A stretch of DNA of 64,000 nucleotides from Dimorphilus gyrociliatus. Its lineage: Eukaryota; Animalia; Annelida. Positions within the stretch are counted from its first letter, which is position 1. Each line of letters opens with the position of its first letter. Position numbers and translations under genes: made by a program. The notes under the pieces are model-generated. The model did not search any database. It saw only the letters and a program-made list of their open reading frames with translations, and was not told the DNA's origin. Below are positions 22,876-36,900 of this stretch, one piece after another. The stretch is taken from contig CAJFCJ010000006.1 of assembly GCA_904063045.1 (NCBI GenBank), forward strand, positions 806,001-870,000. Reading direction: 5' to 3'.

Positions 22876-25800
22876 CTAGATATTGTCCAAATACTCCCAT
22901 AGTTCATTTTCGTAACCTTCATGCACATGTTTCAGCAGAACATTTCTTCTACTTTCACAGTAACGACTTTTATCTTGTACCTTTTGCTTAATATCCCTCA
23001 AGACCTCTTGGGTAATTTCCCTTTCTAAATATTCGCTAAGCTGCTCTGTAGCTTGCTCTAAATCTCTCTGATTCGTCTCGAAGATAATTGACTGGTTGTT
23101 TTTTCGTAAGTAGAATGCAAATACGTACGTATGCATCAGAGTTTGCCTACATTGGCACAATACGTCGACGGCTTTCTTTAAAAATTGAACTTCAATCCAC
23201 GACATATTGTGCTTTTGCATTTCTTCCATTTTGTCCCTGACACTTGCGTACAATTTATTTTCCAGTTTCAAACTCTGCATATGATTCATATAGCGATTAC
23301 AGTAGAAAAGATATCTTTGTAAAGCTGCTCGACTTTTTTCTTGAGCGCTTCTGGCTCTTTTAGCCTCGTCTTCATCATAACGATTGCAGTTATACCAACC
23401 TAAGAAAATACAACATAGTATCATCATATAAGAATCCAGTAAATATATAGTAAAAATATCTGATAATAATTCTGCTTAAATCATTAAAAAATGAACAACT
23501 AGTTCAACTCACTTGAACCGTGTGGTTCCCAAGGGCCCAGACAAACCCAACAGAAATCAAATCGGCATTTCTTGCAAACCATATGATTACAACCTCCGTC
23601 TTTTTCGATAATGGATCTACACTTTGGACATTCTTTTGTATTTGCTGCTATCCAATTTGAAGTTTCGGAGTCGTCATCACATTTTTTAATCCATTTTCGT
23701 AAGATACTGCATTTTACAGGATCATGCCAGTTTTGACCGCAGGCAAAGCAGAAGGTATGGCCACATCGACAGGTAACAGGTTTGTCAGAGACATATTGGC
23801 CTTTGATCACATGACCACAGTCCGGAGTTGGACACCATCGAAGGAGTCGGTTGCACTCAACAAAGCTATTTGTAATCAAATGTTGATATTTAAGCTTTAC
23901 ATGAGAATCAGATAAAAGTTTCATAACAGTCTCGTCATCTACCAAAATGTCACAGTTATGGGCAGCACATGAAATAGTTTGACCCATTCCCTCGTCCATG
24001 ATTTTGGTTGTCAAGTAGTGAGTCCAACAACTTATGCAGAACCTATGACCGCACTCTAAGCCAGACATAAGCTGTTAAAAATTAATTAGAATAATAAACT
24101 ACTGATAATTTTAATTGTGAGGCAATTTTAATTTTAAGAAATGGTATATAAATTAAAAAATTTTCAGATTTATATAACTGATTAATTAATATTTGTATAT
24201 ATATTAATATATAGAGATTTTAAATAAAACCATCTTCTCGTAATTACTTTGAAAGAGACTGAGGAAAGTACTACTATCGGTTACATAACATGCAACTTTC
24301 CAAAACAATGATTTCTCAGTTTACAGGTTTAGTATAAACAAATACGTGTAAAATCAAACAAACCTGTTCCGGAACGGAAGCATAGCAAATTTCACATACA
24401 TATTCACCATTCTCTTTTACAGAATACCTCGGTTTTATTTCTCGCTGTAGTTCAAAATATAAGAAATTATACAAATTTATCAGTTTTTTAAACTTAGTTG
24501 TTTGTTACAAAAACATTCAATTTTCTCCTCTCTAAAATGTTAAATTACTTTTCACTGGCTAGCTTTCTATAAGTATTCTTTAGTTTGAATTTTGCACTAT
24601 AAGAGCCAAAATTCTTTGAATTGAATACAGATCCTAATTTTTCATTCAAAATGTTCAATATTCCATCTTGTTTCTAATTTAACCTTTGCCTGACTCAAAG
24701 TTTCCTTTAAAAATCTTTGAAAATGGCTGTGATTTATGCTCGTAACACTTTTTTCTCGTCCTTTACCATTCCTTCGCTCTTTATAGAATATTGAAGATAG
24801 GCAATGACCGCAACCGAACGTATTCTTAGGGTCACGCTATTTTGTTAGTTATGAATTGTTTTACAAGAACTTGATAGGATTACCTTGGAGCAAGCAATAG
24901 CAACCTTTCGAGACGGGCTAATTAAATGTGCATCCGCAAAAATTCGATCAGGGTCGCTTTCATAGTATCTAAATGAAGAAATAGTAAAAATTAAGTAAAC
25001 ATAAAACAAGTTAAATTGAAGCATAACTCTATTTAAAGATTTAGTTATCTTAAATTTTACCAAAGACTACAATTGATCATAACGTTATATATTAATTTAT
25101 CTTATTGTTTACAAATTTTCAAATAAAATTAAAATTATAGCTTGGAATGGTCGGCGTGTATTTATTTTAACCCTTGCTCTATCTGTTATTGTAAAAAGGA
25201 AAAAACCAATAAAAAATGAACTGACGTCTCAATTAGCTTTTCCTTATCCCATTTAAAATGATTCAACAAAATCCTAGTAGTCGTAGCTGGAATCTACAGA
25301 TAAAAGCACATTACATTTAACTGAATGAAATTATTAAATAGTGTTTTTAAGTCAGAAAATATTTCAGAGGCCATGATTACGTTAAAAATTAAGCATTATT
25401 TTCAGTCTGTTCCCTCGTCAGGAAATGAAAACTTTATTTCCCACGATTTGATAGCTTTTGCAACAAAACAAGTTATCTTTCTAAAATTTGTAGCTTTGTT
25501 GATCTAGTCTACTGCAGTTGATTATTTATTGGTATGATATTTCGTTGATGCCATATTTTGTCACCACAGGTAAAAATGACAACGTTTACCAGTTTATTGG
25601 TAGTAAACAACCCTATAATTAGAAGTATGTATCAGTTAGAAAAGATCTTGAGTACTTTTTAAAATTGACACTTCCACTTCCTTTATGAGTCAGCAAATTA
25701 AGAAGAACTTCATTTGACCTTTAAGGGTTAAATGTTTGCCGATATTATATTATCAGATTTTTTTTGCCTGAATGTTGTAACTACATTAATACAAAAGAGC

Positions 25801-26099
25801 ATTATCACGTACTTTACTACATTTAACCTTATATTATTTTACTAAGAGCCAAAGCCACGTGGGAAGAAATAATTTTCTGACTCTAAACGATACCCACGAA
25901 CCTCAACAACATTGCGAACTTCTTTTATAATGTCAACCATCAAAGTAACAACTTGTTCAAGAGCAAGTACATCATACGGAAATTCTTCTGGATCCATTCC
26001 ATCCATTGCACTTGTCTGTTCTGGGGCTAATTCGACAAACTCGTCATCATCTTCAGTGCCAGCATCACTATTTGCAAGAAGATCATCGTCTATCTCCAT
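22876..26099 (-). CDS. ARIH1: RBR E3 ligase ariadne-1; join(25902..26099,25226..25293,24884..24968,[24684..24836],24364..24444,23513..24071,22876..23399)
   Basis: Acidic N-terminus, [18 protein letters not shown]1-IBR-RING2 (TKECPKC..GGCNHM..FCWVCLG) and the Ariadne domain ([15 protein letters not shown]). Confidence 0.96.
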
Positions 26100-26316
26100 A
26101 TTTTAGGTTTTTTAAAGAAAGTTAATTTTCTCTTTAACAAATTTTCATTGTTTTTATAGATAATAGTGTTCAAGAGTGAAAAATCTCCAACGAATTTATA
26201 TGAGAGAGTCCGAAGTTAAGTTTTAGTACTTTAGCCTCGCTTACTTTCAAGGTTGTTGGCTTGAGGATGGATTTATGTAAAGTGTGTAATTTTTTCAGAC
26301 GGCTTCCCTTCTAATA

Positions 26317-26353
26317 AGTGACGTCATATTGGTTCGTAGCAAATTTCCGGTTT
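26317..26353. promoter_or_regulatory. ARIH1 promoter: CRE (TGACGTCA, 26319-26326) and an ETS-like AATTTCCGG
   Basis: Motifs lie 220-250 bp upstream of the ARIH1 ATG. Confidence 0.45.
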
Positions 26354-26644
26354 TCTTTGTTGAAGATTTCTAGACTGGTTACCTGTATTTAGTAATAAGT
26401 ATTTGCTCTGACACTTTCGTCTTTTGCAATTTTATTTGAAATCAGAAAATTTAGATTACTATCCTATAGTGTAACCTCAGTCATTTCACTATATTTGTAA
26501 AATATTAAAGTAAAAAAATATTAAAAAACTGAACGAGATTCAAAGTTTACTGAATAGGTGACAAAGTTGCTTGCTTTTGAGAACTCTGCGAAAGAATCAA
26601 TTCGCTACAAATAACTTGTTCAAAAAGTTTTTATTTAAAACTGA

Positions 26645-29600
26645 CTAATCCAAACTCTCTGGATTGTCGTCGCTGTCAGTGTAACATACAATATTACGGT
26701 TATCAGTTCTGTTATTATTTATTAGTGTTGTTGTAAATTTTTGCCCATTGGTGTATTCCAGAGAACCAGGATAATCATCCGAATCACTTTCGCTTATTGC
26801 CAGATCATCTTTTACGATATCTTGATTTCTTCGCAATCGATAGAATAAGATATAAGCAAATGGTTTAACTGTCTCGGATTCCTCCGCTTCTGTTACATGC
26901 GAGTCATCGCAGTACCGCCAGTCTAAATGGAAACTTTTAAATTCAACTGTCGAATGTTTTTAAAGTACAAACCTATTTCAGATTCCCCAGGATCAGTAGC
27001 AGACATAAGTCTGACATAAGATGCATAATGCCCATAGAATAGCGTTCCATGATGGTGAACCACACCATATAGATCATAAACAGCTTGTTCAGTTTGCTCA
27101 GCCTCCGAGAGCCTCATATACTGTCCTAAATTTAGCTCCCTGAATTTTTTTATACGTTTAGTCTTAAATTTCATAAATTATTATTTAAAACAAACCCAAT
27201 TGGAAAATTTATGTCACGTTCATCTTTATTCCGAATCATTGATCCTGCATTAAATCTTTTTAAATGTAAAACTAGAATCGGTGGTAAGCGCCAAAGGCTT
27301 ATTTCCTTTGTTGCCTTTCTATGTTTCTTGCATTGGGGACAATACCACTCATCTCCCATTGATAAAGTTTCTTCCCTCATAAATAATTTTAAACAGCTGT
27401 AAATATCATTAGTGTGGCAATCTTTCATGCTACGATGATCCTGGGAGTCGAGTCGCTCTTTTTGTTTAATTAAATATTCCTTTGATTTTCTCCAAAGAAC
27501 GGTGACTTTGGTTATTGGATCCAAGGTGAGAGGTGAGTCATTTTCGGGCTCCTCAATAAGAGTCTTTTTCCAGATTGAACTCAGCACCCGGCTTATGGTA
27601 TCCATTTGATGTAAGCTAAATAGCTTTCGTTTATTAATTGAGTCATAGTTTCTAATAGGTGATGGTCTAACAAAATAATACGTTATATAAATACTTTATG
27701 TGAAATATAGTCAAACATACGAGTTTTCTGTCGAATAACTGGACCCACTGTCACTGTCGCCATTGCTGGATGAGGATCTTTTGGGCTATTAATAGATTTA
27801 ACAATAAAGTTTAGCAAAAAACATAGAGTATTATATTTACGGAATTTTTCCAATCAGAATTACTGTCGTTGCTATCTTCTGATGACGTTATTGAAGAACT
27901 TTTGTTACTAGAGAAATTCGATAAGATGTCATTATTTGTATTTCGGTCAATCACATCGACCGAATATTGAGCATATTTAAGAATTAAATTTGAAATCTTT
28001 TTGAATGTTGCTTCAGATTTCGGAATATTTATGACAAGAGGCACGGCAATTGGACTACCAAGATAGCATTCTTGTCGATGTCTCTTCTCCCAGTGTTTTC
28101 TTTGGCAATCTCTGTATCAATGTTATATTTTAATGAATTCGAGATCACTTAATTAATGACACATACGAATTACAATAAGCAACTTTAAAACATCCTTCAC
28201 ATCTTCTTGGTGACTTTGAAGGAGTACTGTTGCAAAAGGTACAACTATTTAAATGGGAATTCGGACACTCAAGCACTTGAGAAACCCTGATTTGTACCAT
28301 CTCTTTTCTGGTATCTCTTTCGCAGTATTTCTCGAAACTAAAATAAGAAGGGTTAGAAGAATTCTTCAAACTGATATAAGTTTGCACTTACACAGAATAG
28401 TTATGATCACTGCAATTAAAATGTTGAAAATAGCCATTTCTTTCACATTCTTCTACTCTACATTCATCTTTATTCACTTTGAAAATATCCATCTATTAAA
28501 AGATATAAATATTACATTAATATTTTACTACAAGTAATTGCTTTACATTCTCAGGTAGTATATCCGTTAGGTCTGAAAGATTTTCTTTAAGTTTCATTAT
28601 GGAAACTCCTGGCTTTATTCCTAATTTGTACTGCAGAATAATGATTTCATAGTGAAAATAAAAAAAGAATCAGATAAAGAAATATTTACATTTGTCGGTT
28701 TTCGAGTGAGATCTTTGAAAAATACAGTAAAAACTGCTGCTGATTTTTCTTCAGGGAGTGGAAGAGATAAACTTGAGAACGGATCAAAAACTATGGAGAC
28801 CTAAATAGCAAGAAATTGTCATAAAAGCCTCAGCTGCAAAATACTAAATGCATTCCAAATACCTTTCGACATGTTAAACAAGTCAATTTCGATTTATATT
28901 GGCCACAAAATAATTTAGAAATATGAGATCGATTCCGTTTACAATACATCTTCCAAGTCAAGTCTCCATAATCTTTCTCCGTTGTTTTAGATGGGTCAAA
29001 ATCCGGTATTTCAATATATGGTTTGTGTTCAATTGTATTTAAATCCTGAAAATATAGCTAATTTACAAAAATCACAAAAATTCTTTTGCAACCTCATGTA
29101 GACCATCGACTAGACAAGAAAATAGTTCATGAGCATCATGCTGACCTAAACCTCTAAATTGAGATGACTTTTTTTCCAAAACAGACTGAAAAGTAAATTT
29201 TAGATAAGATGAAAGTGTATGAAACACAATAACGGTTACTTTTATTTTATTGGGGGAATACACTGATAAGTCTCCTGACCACATATTTTCTGTGAGATTA
29301 GCAAATTCTTTGGCTAGTTCTCCATTGTATCCCAATTTGTTTGTCTTATTTATTTCCTTAATGTATAGCCTACCTGAATTTTGAGAAATGAAAAAATAAA
29401 TTTATGGAAAAAATATATTTTAATAATATCATACTTGAAAAATAATCTCTCAGTTCTTGAGTGTTAACCAAAATTTGAAGAATTGAGTTAAAATAGCACG
29501 TATTACCAATATTCCTAAGACCAGTAAACCCAGGTTGGTATTCTCTATCTCTCATTTTACTACGATTGTTATGTGGAAGGATACTCAAATTATTTTTCAA

Positions 29601-31142
29601 TACATTATTTCCTTCAATATTTCGAGTTTTAATAAAATTTTCATGAAAATCAGATGAATTTTTATTCTGCTCCATTGTAATAGGTGGAACTGTCGCCACC
29701 TTTTTTTGAGATTTCCAGTTCGTATCTTTTGATGACTCCACTTTCAGAGTAATAACTATACTCTTTTCGTTGATCGTATGATGACACTTGTTCGGATTTA
29801 TAATGTACCTAAAAATCATATCATATAATATTATAAAATTTTATAGTAACTCGCTTACTCGAATGAATGCACATATTCAAAAATTGTGTCTTGTGTTGCA
29901 TTTTCCTTTTTCAGAAAATCAGGATCTCTATATTGGCAAAAAAATGGATATTTGAGACCACTTGTTATTACAAAGTGTACCTTGTAGAAAATCTTATTGT
30001 GGCTTTATCTTTAGTTAAGTCGACTTTTACCATTTCTCGTACAATTTTTTTCACTGCGATTGTATATTCTGCGTGGTCCCCCTATAGAACTTTCTTTATA
30101 ACATGAAATATTTCAATTAAATCTACTAACTTGCAAGGAAAAGTTATTTTTAACGTGCTTTAAAATTCTAACTTCAGGATCTGGAAAAAAGTATATTAAG
30201 CTTATGTTTTGACTGAAAACAGAAATCAGAGTTTGTGTGAAAGTTACCAAACAGATTAGTAGAGATTTTAACACCTTCTCCGGAATCATAAATTGAAGAT
30301 TCTATAATATTTCCATTTACGGTATCTTCTTCGTTCTATTATATAAAAAAAAGTTTAGGTAAAGCCTAAGAGAACTGTATAAGAAATGTATAAAACATAC
30401 TAAATTAACTTTATCATTTTGCGTATGCTCAATTACATCATCTTTACTATCTTCAGAGTCCTCATCCTAAAATAAAGAGTTTAGATTTTAATACAAAATG
30501 GTATGTAAGAGGCACTTACTGCGTTATATTCAGTTTCTGAATCCAAATTTCCTTCAGCAAAAAATATATGTATCAGAACTTCATCTTTAGCTTTGGTAAA
30601 TTCTAATATGGGTTTTCTAGTCATGTCGATCTCATGCTCAGTTTTTTTACTAAACTTCCTGTCCTCTGCAAAACATATTCAATGTTATAATAGTTTTTTC
30701 AAATAGATTTAACATATAATTACGTCGGAAATTAACGATGAAAACATTCTTTTGGGCCGTCACTGAGATTGGTTTATTTGTGTTCTTATAATTTGCATAA
30801 ATAATTTTGTGACCTTTTCCTTTCTGTTTGGTCCTTTTGACTGAAAGATATCAATAAGAATACATATTTATCCCCTTATTTAATATAAACATCATTACTT
30901 GTTAATAAGTCATTATTTATATCCTTATTATCCATATTCAAAATTCTTTGATTTATATTACTTCTTCCCATCAAACAAAATTTCGGCTTCTTTCCATGAT
31001 CAATATCTTTTAGGCTTTCGCCTGCTAATAGTCTTTTACGATGCAGTTTGACTTGAGCTAAGTTATTCTTTAGACGTCTCTATTTTGCCAGTTACACTTT
31101 TTGTATGCAAAAATTTCTAAAATTTCTAACAAATTCAGTCAT
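26645..31142 (-). CDS. USP19: USP19-like ubiquitin-specific protease (CS domain, USP domain with inserted MYND finger), many exons; 5' start tentative
   Basis: Cys box [24 protein letters not shown]-type [35 protein letters not shown], His box GVVHHHG..GHY, and YILFY. Confidence 0.85.
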
Positions 31143-31289
31143 TCCATGAAGAGAAAAGTAGGATAATTGCAGATTTGAACTCGAGGAGCTTAGTGAATCA
31201 CGTTTGCGAAGAACAAGCGAATGAAGTTGACCATTACAGTGGTAGGAGTCACCGGCTATTCTTTAATGGTGACTCGGTTAGATATTGTG

Positions 31290-31480
31290 AGTCGCCATTT
31301 TTAAAAAATTACATCGTTATGTTTCATATGAATGCATGAATCAGTATTTATATTGGGGAATTTCCAGTTCTGACCAATGAACATCGAGTAGCCAGTTTAT
31401 TTCGGTGATAATTGGTATGTATATTTCCAGGTATTCAAAAATGGCATCTTTCTGAATTGAGCAGAAGCGCCATTTTCATT
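31290..31480. promoter_or_regulatory. USP19/CBLL1 bidirectional promoter with three YY1-like GCCATTTT elements
   Basis: GTCGCCATTTT (about 31290), AAAAATGGCA (about 31437) and GCGCCATTTT (about 31467). Confidence 0.4.
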
Positions 31481-31518
31481 ATCCTCCCCAGTTTAATTTC
31501 GATTTGTCTGCGAAAAAC

Positions 31519-33396
31519 ATGGCTGACAAGATGGATGATAGTGATGGTATTAAATATTTTAATTTATCTTATATTCTTATTACAGCTCTTTTCTAATTAA
31601 ATCTTTTACCATAAATATCGCTGTAATTTTTTTCGATTCGCAACATAATTTACTACATAAAATATAGAATAAGTAATGAAATATAAAAGATTTTCAAATT
31701 TATCTGATAATCATTGTTCGACAAGCAATCTGAAAAGAATTGAAAAAGAGCTAATAAAGAAATTAGATATATTATCGTTTATAAATGTTTGATGATAATT
31801 TGCAACATTTTTCGTGTCTAGAGCTGAAAGCTTCTGTGGATGGAACTAACGCATCGGCTCCAATTGAAGTTCGAAAGAATATACCGCTTAAACTGCAGTC
31901 GGGGACGAAGAAAACGGCAAAGACATCTTCAAATAAAAAATTAAAAACTGGTAACAAAAAGTCTGATAAAAACTGTAATAACGAAAAAATGGACACTTTT
32001 GAAAAGAGTGTGTATCAAAACTGTTATGACTTAGAGAATTAGCCCTTGACTTTTCAATTTTTCACGTACGTCTAGATAATAGTGACGAGGACTTTGCACA
32101 TGTATCGACGAATAAAATGGCAGATACTGGTGACCCTCTTCATAAGAACGGATTTTTACAATGGGACCACAAAGTGTGTTTCTTTTTGACTAGTAGTCTG
32201 ACAATTGTTCCCATGTATATGTCTTTCATAGAAGCGGTAAACTTAATTGTAAATTATTGTACAAAAAATAAAATTAGGGGTTCGTTTCAAAACATTTGAC
32301 AATATTCATATGTTTTTGTATTTGTGGTTCTATATTTGTATTCACGTTCAAAAACATCTGAAAATCTGCGCTAAGGAACAGCTGAGAAAATGAAACGACA
32401 GTTGGTTATTGAATTGAGAATCAGGCAAAGACACTACCGCTTCTATGAAAAATTTTTAGCCAATTTCACTTTAATTTTAGAATACGTAAATGTAATTGAA
32501 GATGTGAAATTTGCTCAAGAATACTTTAAATTTTTTAATGTTCGATTGTTAAATCAGTTTTTCTTCAAACAGGTAAATTTGTTAGGTGAGAAGATGCAAG
32601 ATATTGATATCCATTGCTGCGAATTATGTGATCGACCGATTTTAACTTATGGAAGAATGGTAGGCTCTCAGCTAAGAGTTATTTTGAATATTAAATTTTA
32701 AAATTTTTGGTATAGCTTCCCTGCAAACACATATTTTGTTGGAGATGTGCAAAACGAAACGACACAAAATGCGCGAGGTTTGTGTGCTACGTTAATAGGT
32801 TTTTACTTTTCTAATAAGTTCAATTTTATAGGTGCCAGCATCTTGTTAATAGGGTAGAACAGTGTGAACTTGGGAAAGTTTTTGTGTGTGTTGTGGACAC
32901 AACAAAAGATGGTAAGGATGGGTGCAAAAGGACTTACTTATCGTTACGTGACTTACATGCTCATATGAATTACCGTCATCGAGGAGCTGTTGAATCTAAT
33001 ATGACAAATAATTCTAATCCAACACCGCAACCGGCTATTATGAATATGGTAACAACGACTCATTCTGTTGATACTGTGTGCCAGCGACCTTCCACGACAG
33101 CTACAAAGCCGCCAAGAATGTCTAACCTGATAACAGTTCCTTTACAAGATGCTAGACAAGCTCCTATGCCACAGAATTATAATAACTATGTACCATACAA
33201 TACACCATCAAATGCAACACCATTTACGAGGCCAACCTTCAACCCCAACGTTCCTCCTCCCAACTATTCAGTTACTCAACAACTACCTAATTTCGCACCA
33301 CACATTCAGACGGCAGCAGCTGTGTTTGCAGCAGTGGGGTCTAGAAATTGGGGAGCGCCAGGAACACAACGACCACCAAGGACGAGTTTCTATTAA
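31519..33396 (+). CDS. CBLL1: Hakai E3 ligase (m6A writer-associated), about 6 exons
   Basis: WDHK|VNLLGEK..IHCCELCDRPILTYGRM|LPCKHIFCWRCA (RING) followed by the HYB zinc finger GCKRTYLSLRDLHAHMNYRH and a Pro-rich tail. Confidence 0.93.
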
Positions 33397-33808
33397 GGCG
33401 TTAATTTTTGTTTTTAACTAATTTTCTGTATATCAGTGTTACATATTTTACTGTTTTTATTCAAGCTTGTTGTAGGTTGCCACGATGTCATAAACTGTAA
33501 TTTTACAACGTTACGAGATGCGCTACTTTCATGCGTCATACTGTTCTCTTGAAGAATAAATACGTTACTTATGACAACTATTTTTCGTTATTAACAATGA
33601 CTTGGTTTATGCCATCATGTGCGTTTTCGTATATTGTTAGAATGCAAATCAGTTGTGAATATGATAAAAAAAATTTCAATAAAACTTTAATGAAAAGCGA
33701 GTTTGTAAATATCGTAGTAATGTGTGACGATGAATGGTTGTCTTTATTAAAGAGAGAATACTCTACGTTGACAGCTAATAAATTTTACTCCTTTACAAAC
33801 TATGGAAT

Positions 33809-33822
33809 GCGGTAGGGGGCGC
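33809..33822 (+). promoter_or_regulatory. CTCF-like motif GCGGTAGGGGGCGC upstream of INTS4
   Basis: 13/14 match to CCRSYAGRKGGCRS; a GC-rich island in AT-rich intergenic DNA about 110 bp upstream of the ATG. Confidence 0.5.
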
Positions 33823-33933
33823 CACACAACATCACATTTATAGAGTAAAACCGATCGCTCCCCAGCTAGTGTAGAGTCCCTCGTATGTTTTTCTTGTATA
33901 GATAAGGATTATTTTTTCGTAAAGTGTCTGACA

Positions 33934-36900
33934 ATGGCCCAAGCTACAGGCTCAAAACGTACCAAATCAACGGTTTCGGAAACTATACAGGTATTGCAGT
34001 TGTAGTTCTCTTGTTTAATATTATAGATATTTAGTTTTCCACTCTGCGTATACTTAACTGGGCGATAATTGATATTAAATTTCATAGGTTGAAGGATCAA
34101 CCCAAGAAAAGAAAATACGTCTGGAGAAAAAGAAAGCTACAAAGGAAGAGACATTAATATTAGACCTAAGTGTTGCACAATTAGATAAATTGATTTTGTT
34201 GGAAAATAGTTTACCAGTTTCATTAAATGTAGCCGAGCAGGTAGTGATCCTAATAAAATTTCTTAAGAAATATTTATGCTCATTTTTATGTTTATTTTTA
34301 CTTCAGGCTATATCAAGACTATTAAAATATGCTAAAATTGCATCTGAAAATGCAGTTCGTTGCAAATTAATAATGCTGATTGGGCATTTAAGTCAGACTC
34401 CTGGTTTTGATTGTCTCACAGTTCTTTCAAAATTAAAAACACTTTTGGAGGCTGAAAGTAAATTCCTAATAAATTTATATGATATGACTTAATTTTTTAC
34501 AATTTTATCAGAATCTCACACAGTTATAAGTCAGTATTTGGATACCTTGACAACTATAGGCGAAATAGTGACGGAATCTTTAAATGACAACTTGGAAAAC
34601 TTCCTTTCTATTGCAGTGAAGGTAATTTTAAGTACATATTTTATCAAAAGTCAATAATATTTTTTTTTCAGTATTTGTCAAATCCTAAGCATAGTGTTCG
34701 ATGTAAAGCACTTAAACTTTTAGGCACATTGGGCTGCCCTAATAAGGAAATAACTGTAAATGTTGACAAAGACGTTGCAGAATCAACTACTGCCCATGAT
34801 GAATATGATATATGCAGCAATCTAGAGAGTATTGTTATTTCTTTTTTCAAAGATCAGGATAGCAGAGTCAGAGTTGAAGCTCTTGGAGTTATTGTTAGTA
34901 TATTATTCTATTTTTCAATCATATTAAAGCTTTATTGTATTTGTTGTTAGTTGTCTTGGCATATGAGAGGAATTCCGCTGTCTCCTAGAATGTACAAGGA
35001 TGTTTGTGCAACTTTATCTGATGACTATGAAAAAGTTCGCTTCATGGCCGCGAGATTAATCTGCGTATTATGCCATTTATATCCAGAAGAAAATGTAACA
35101 GTGTCCAATGAATCAAAAGAAACATCTGATAAAGTATATGTTTACAAAGCAAAAGTTAACATCGCTCTCATTATAAATTTTTTAGGTTCAGTTACGATTA
35201 ACAGATGATGGATTTGCAAAATTATGTCAACTACTTTCTACTGATGTTAATATGAAGGTCAGAGCTGAGGCCGCTATGCTACTGGTTCGTTAAACCTTAA
35301 ACTCAAGCTAAAGTTTAATTTTCATCAATTTTTCACAGGGATCACTTCATAAGGTTGACTTTGTATTTCTTGAACAAACTCTTGATAAAATTTTGATGTC
35401 CGGGTTAAGAGTAAGTAATAATATTTTCTCGTCAAACTTTATAGTCTAAAAATTTTGTATAGAGAAAAACCTCTGCACACGAGCGACAAAGAATGCACTT
35501 CCAGACTGGTGAGTGGTCGACGGGTAAGAAATGGGCAGATGACGCTCCAAAAGAAGAACTAAATCCCGATGATGTAAGATTGATATCTCTGGGAGCATGT
35601 GGAGCATTTGTTCACGGTTTAGAAGACGAGTTTGTGGGTCAGTAATATAAAAATGAGTACTTCCAGGTAAAAAACTTTCTTTCCTGTAAACAGAAGTTAG
35701 AAATGCTACTGTAGATGCTATTTGCGAGTTGGCCGCTAATTCACCGAGATTTGCAGTTTTGTCTCAGGTTTGAATTAATATTTCTTATTAAACGAGATAA
35801 TTTTTTCAACAACGATATTTATTTTCATTAGGATAGTTTACTTGACATGATGAATGACGAAATTGAAGATGTTAGAATGAATGCGGTCCATAGCTTAACA
35901 AAGGTAGCATGTCACATTTCTCTGAGAGAGGATCAAGTTGAAGCGATATCTGGTTGTTTAAAAGATTATTCTACAGGTTTTAACAAATATGAAATATTTA
36001 TTTATCTAAATCTCTTCTTCATTTTTAGATATTAGGAAGGCATTACATGAAATGTTTAGCAGGCTTAGAGTTACAACAAAAGTTACATTGAAAATGTTAA
36101 TTGAGGAGCTGTTAAATAATTTAAAAAAATACCCACAAGATCGACTATCTATTTGGAAGTAAGTTTTTTCTTTATCACTGTAAATAGTCTACGTAATAAT
36201 CTATTGTGAAGGTGTATGCAAAATATGGGTAAAGTTAATAGCAACATGGTTCAATGTATTGTACCTTATTTACTACACCTCCATCCATACTTCGATACGC
36301 CGGAGCCAGACATTAACGATCCTGCTTGTAAGTTTATTTAGAATAGCTACTCATAGGAATTGAAAAAATTGTCTTCTCTCAGATGTTGCTGTGCTGTTGC
36401 TTGTGCTAAATTCCGCATCTTGCCATGAAGCTATCCTATCTCTATTACCTCACCATACTATGAAACATTATCGATATTTAAAAGCAAGCAATCCTGATCT
36501 GTTACCGAATGAGCTCAGAGTAATTGTTTTAAATTATTTTGATTTCATATATAATATATCTGTCTTTCAGTTGGATCATCATAAGCATACGCAAACAAAT
36601 CGTGATCAGATCTCCTCAGAAGCTACATCGTCATCATATTTAAAACAAGTTGTTGAACATATACCCAACCTTGAAAAAATGGATCTACCTACGGCCGAAA
36701 AATTTGTCGATATTACCAGAAGGTGTATATAGATAACAAAGTTTTTTTGAAATGGGTTTAAAAAAATTTTTTCAGGGATTTACTACGAATAAGTTCTTTA
36801 GAACCAAGTAATGCGGCAACGGCAGAGTTTATGGTGATCTTTTTGGAATGCATTGGAGAATTAGTAACAGTTTGTTTATTTTTATTTCAATATTATATAG

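Noticed and set aside
13548-31142. Five consecutive minus-strand genes with 300-580 bp spacers, suggesting a trans-spliced operon
   Set aside because: At least the RNF41 and ARIH1 spacers carry their own promoter-like motifs (YY1, ETS-like, CRE), and no SL-acceptor evidence can be read from DNA. Compaction alone explains the spacing.
33531-33815. 94-aa + strand ORF between CBLL1 and INTS4
   Set aside because: It lies over the probable CBLL1 3' UTR (AATAAA near 33555) and the INTS4 promoter, is AT-rich, and has no recognisable motif.
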